Part shown: positions 55,327 through 64,000 of the stretch, piece by piece
Layout of the letters: every line of letters begins with the position of its first letter
Position numbering within the stretch: position 1 is the stretch's first letter
Assembly (NCBI GenBank): GCA_964016885.1
Contig: OZ024745.1
Coordinates: 81,840,001 to 81,904,000, forward strand
Direction: 5' to 3'
Source: Eledone cirrhosa
Taxonomy: Eukaryota
DNA length: 64,000 nt
Program-made: the position numbers and the translations under genes
The notes under the pieces: generated by a model
What the model was told of the DNA's origin: nothing
Seen by the model: only the letters and a program-made list of their open reading frames with translations
Database searches by the model: none

Positions 55327-55684
55327 ATCATCATCATCATCATCAACGTTTAACGTCCGTGTTCCACGCTTGCATGGGTTTGGACGGGGGTATTCCCACT
55401 TGAGGCAAGAGTGATTGTCTTGCTCGCATAGGACTGTCTGGCAGGTTTTCTACAGTTGGATGCCCTTCCTAACACCAACCACATTTACAGTGTGGGACTG
55501 GGAGGTTTTTACCGTGTTGCCTACACGGCCACATTACAGCGTGGACTGTGTGTTTTTTTGTCGTGACACCTACACGATCTCATTTGTTTCGGCCTGGATG
55601 TTGTGGCACCAACATAACTTTACATAGGAGGGGGTGGTGTGGGTGGTGGGACGGGGGTGTATTTTGTTAGAGATGCCTACTGGC
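55327..55684 (-). mobile_element. 5'-truncated RTE-B copy (last codons ASRHL*, 3' UTR and tail)
   Basis: Near-identical to 56937-57302; the tail abuts TA. Confidence 0.92.
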
Positions 55685-55728
55685 TGTAGTAGGTTTTACT
55701 ATGTATTTAGATACATATATATATATAC

Positions 55729-55853
<125 letters not shown>

Positions 55854-55864
55854 CATATATATAC

Positions 55865-55902
<38 letters not shown>

Positions 55903-55903
55903 C

Positions 55904-55990
<87 letters not shown>

Positions 55991-55992
<2 letters not shown>

Positions 55993-56099
55993 CATCATCA
56001 TCATCATCATCATCAGCGTTTAACGTCCGTGTTCCACGCTTGCATGGGTTTGGACGGGGGTAGTCCCACTTGAGGCAAGAGTGATTGTCTTGCTCGCAT
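55991..56099 (-). mobile_element. Short RTE-B 3'-end copy between TA arrays
   Basis: (ATC)n-CGTTTAACGTCCGTGTTCC...TGCTCGCATA. Confidence 0.9.
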
Positions 56100-56102
56100 A
56101 TA

Positions 56103-56284
<182 letters not shown>

Positions 56285-56285
56285 G

Positions 56286-56332
<47 letters not shown>

Positions 56333-56355
56333 GATATATATATATATATATATAG

Positions 56356-56426
<71 letters not shown>

Positions 56427-56427
56427 G

Positions 56428-56484
<57 letters not shown>

Positions 56485-56835
56485 CACACACACATATATA
56501 TATATACACACACACATATATATATATATACATATATACATATATATATATCGTTTCTGAATTTGTTTAGCAAGATTCTTTATCTGAAATCGTGTGTTGA
56601 AACCGATATTGCTATACTTTGGGAGGGTCATGTTGCCAATAAATATATATAGATATATAGATATATAGATATATATAGATATATAGATATATAGATATAT
56701 AGATATATATATATATGTATAGATATATATATATATGTATAGATATATGTATATATATATATATATATGTATAGATATATATGTATATACATATGTATAT
56801 ATATATATGTATATACATATGTATATATATATATG

Positions 56836-56888
<53 letters not shown>

Positions 56889-56897
56889 GTATATATG

Positions 56898-61715
<4,818 letters not shown>

Positions 61716-61812
61716 ATATACACACATATATATATGTATTGAAGTTTCCATTGAAAATTGAAAAAGTCAGAGAAATGAAGAGTGCTCTATGTAAGTTACA
61801 GAGCTAAATATT

Positions 61813-61964
61813 TAATGTATAATAAACAATACAATATAATTACCTCATTACCAAAGGTTTCCCGAATAAGACGAATACAAGAAATGCAGACGTTTCTTGT
61901 ATTCGTCTTATTCGGGAAACCTTTGGTAATGAGGTAATTATAGTGTATTGTTTATTATACATTA
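61813..61964. repeat. Near-perfect palindrome with 72-bp arms and an 8-nt loop
   Basis: 61813-61884 versus 61893-61964, one mismatch. Confidence 0.92.
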
Positions 61965-62044
61965 TATATATATATATATAAATATAAAATCATGATATAT
62001 TATTTGATTTAATCAATGCTGATATCAATCTTACAGATCACATA

Positions 62045-62200
62045 TTAGCTGAGCCGTTAGAACATTGATAGAATGCTTTGCGGTATTTGTTCCGGTTCTC
62101 TGTACTCTGAGTTCAAATCCTGCTGAAGTCAACTTTGCTATTCATCCTTTCAGGGTCAAGAAGAAAAAAAAAATACTAACCAAGCACTAGGGTCGATTCT
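62045..62200 (+). mobile_element. Meta-like SINE remnant
   Basis: GAGTTCAAATCC..GTCAACTTTGC.ATTCATCCTTTCAGGGTC. Confidence 0.6.
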
Positions 62201-64000
62201 TCCTTTGTATCTCTTTCTCATTTCTCCTCTCTCACTCTCTTTCCTTACTCTCACTCTCTCTCCTTCTCTGGAAGAAATCAGGTGTGCTCAGACCTGATAA
62301 GGAGATGTGCTTCATCAGGTTTTAAGATGCCTAAGAAATACCATTTGGCACCCCTATGATTCCATCAGGAGTTACAGATTCATACATGCTTATATCAATT
62401 TTGTGTATAACATTTCCAGGGAACCAGCTGATGTGTACAAACTCAGGTTGTAATTAAAATCTTATACCCTGGTGTATAACCATATCTTCTGGGTAGATCT
62501 ATAAATATTCATCATCATCATCATCATATCTGTTTTTCCACAATTGCATTTGCCTGTATTATCTATTTCTATAAATATTTTCATGAGAATTGTTCTGTTG
62601 AATTTTGCTATTTGTTGGTTATAAACAGAGCACCAGATTGGTGGCCAGATTTCATCACAAATTCTATTCTGATAGTTTCTTCCCTCAAATATCTCGCCAT
62701 AGGAATTCTTTCCCACTTTACAATTTACAAAAATTCAAAAGCAACATCAATCACCATCTCCATGTTCTCTCTGTCTTGCCCTTCTCCCCCTCTCTGTAAC
62801 CACTTATATTTTAGTGACTTTATCACCTTGCTTGCAGTGAGCAAAAAAATAATAAATAAAATGTTTGACTTAGAACAATGACTTTTCTGGAAATATTTTT
62901 TATACAACCTCACCCCTAGCAACACCGTCGTCTACTAGATAAGTAGTTCTCACTTTTTTTTTTTTTTTTTGCTGGCCCATCACCCATCACCCACCTCCCA
63001 CTCCAACTTTTTGCTTTCATGTAATACAGATGGTAGCTGTAATTACACAAATGTGTAATTTATTTTAAGTTTAATTCTCACCACACCAAGAAAGCTGTCA
63101 AGTCTATACTGATGATCTCTGTGTGTTAATGCATGGGACACACCCTGGTATTAATAACATATTTGGTGATGGTGGTGGGGTCATCTGTGAATTTTAAGGA
63201 CCAAGCATTAAAAAAGAAAAACAAAACAAAATCAATGTTTAAATCTATTTGCATAATCAAATTTGACAACCTGTGTATTGTTATTTCTTTATCTCTAATT
63301 CACTGATGATAATGATGTACAAATGTTTTCTCTGTTCCCTTGAAATACAATGTCTGCCCTCCCTCCCTCCCTCCGAGGCAACAAGCCCCGTCCCCTGCCC
63401 CATTCCCATTAGAAAATGTACTGGATATCTGTTCTTAAATTACTGTGAAAGTCTTTATTATAGGCAGATAATTTTTCTCATTGACTGTCAGTTTTATCTT
63501 GGTTAAGTTCACTTGGAATTTCTTTCTAAACTGATTCATCAATAAGAACCAAGCCAGATGCGCACAAACAAACCAAAACAACACCTAGCTAGAATTCTTA
63601 TAAAGATATATGAATTATTACTGCAAAAATAAACAAAGGTGTGTGTAGTGTGTGTGGTCTACACTGATATATACATCTATCACCTTCATTACAATTTTTG
63701 CTCAACACACACACACACACACATTTCTGGAGTACCAAACTACTAAATAGTAATCTTTTCATAGCCGTTCCCCCTCTGCCCCTTCCTAAGCTAGTCTTGC
63801 TGCACTAATGTCCTTGGCTCATACATATACATAGATATAACAGAGTAGCAGCTATACTGTAGACATTAACCTAATGATCTCACTCATTTCATAGACCATT
63901 ACCTGATACCATTGCCCTATACAATGCTAAGAAATGATGTATGCCTGCATACACATACTCTCACACATACATACATGCATGCACACACACGCACCCTTAG

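Overview
AT-rich, repeat-dense animal genomic DNA, most likely a coleoid cephalopod (Octopus-like; inferred from the SINE/LINE/microsatellite landscape). The window lies inside one large + strand gene, a myosin phosphatase targeting subunit (PPP1R12/MYPT1/Mbs-like). Six phase-compatible coding exons fall between 2.2 and 11.9 kb and include both inhibitory phosphorylation motifs (RRSTQG, RRSTG). There is also a candidate alternative first exon at 16.6 kb and a candidate 15-nt microexon at 0.7 kb. I found no convincing exon after 16.9 kb. The introns hold decayed RTE, R4/Dong, HERO, CR1 and Penelope elements, SINEs and MITEs. The most unusual part is a ~16 kb block (46.0-62.0 kb) that is not CpG-depleted. 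It contains one intact and one near-intact RTE LINE, each with a PHD-type zinc finger inside the RT, plus four short 3'-end copies. All six 3' ends are joined directly to (TA)n arrays, most of them very long. The young RTEs carry in their 3' UTR a module that an older RTE in the window carries upstream of its ORF. All calls are by eye, with no database searches, and TE boundaries are approximate.
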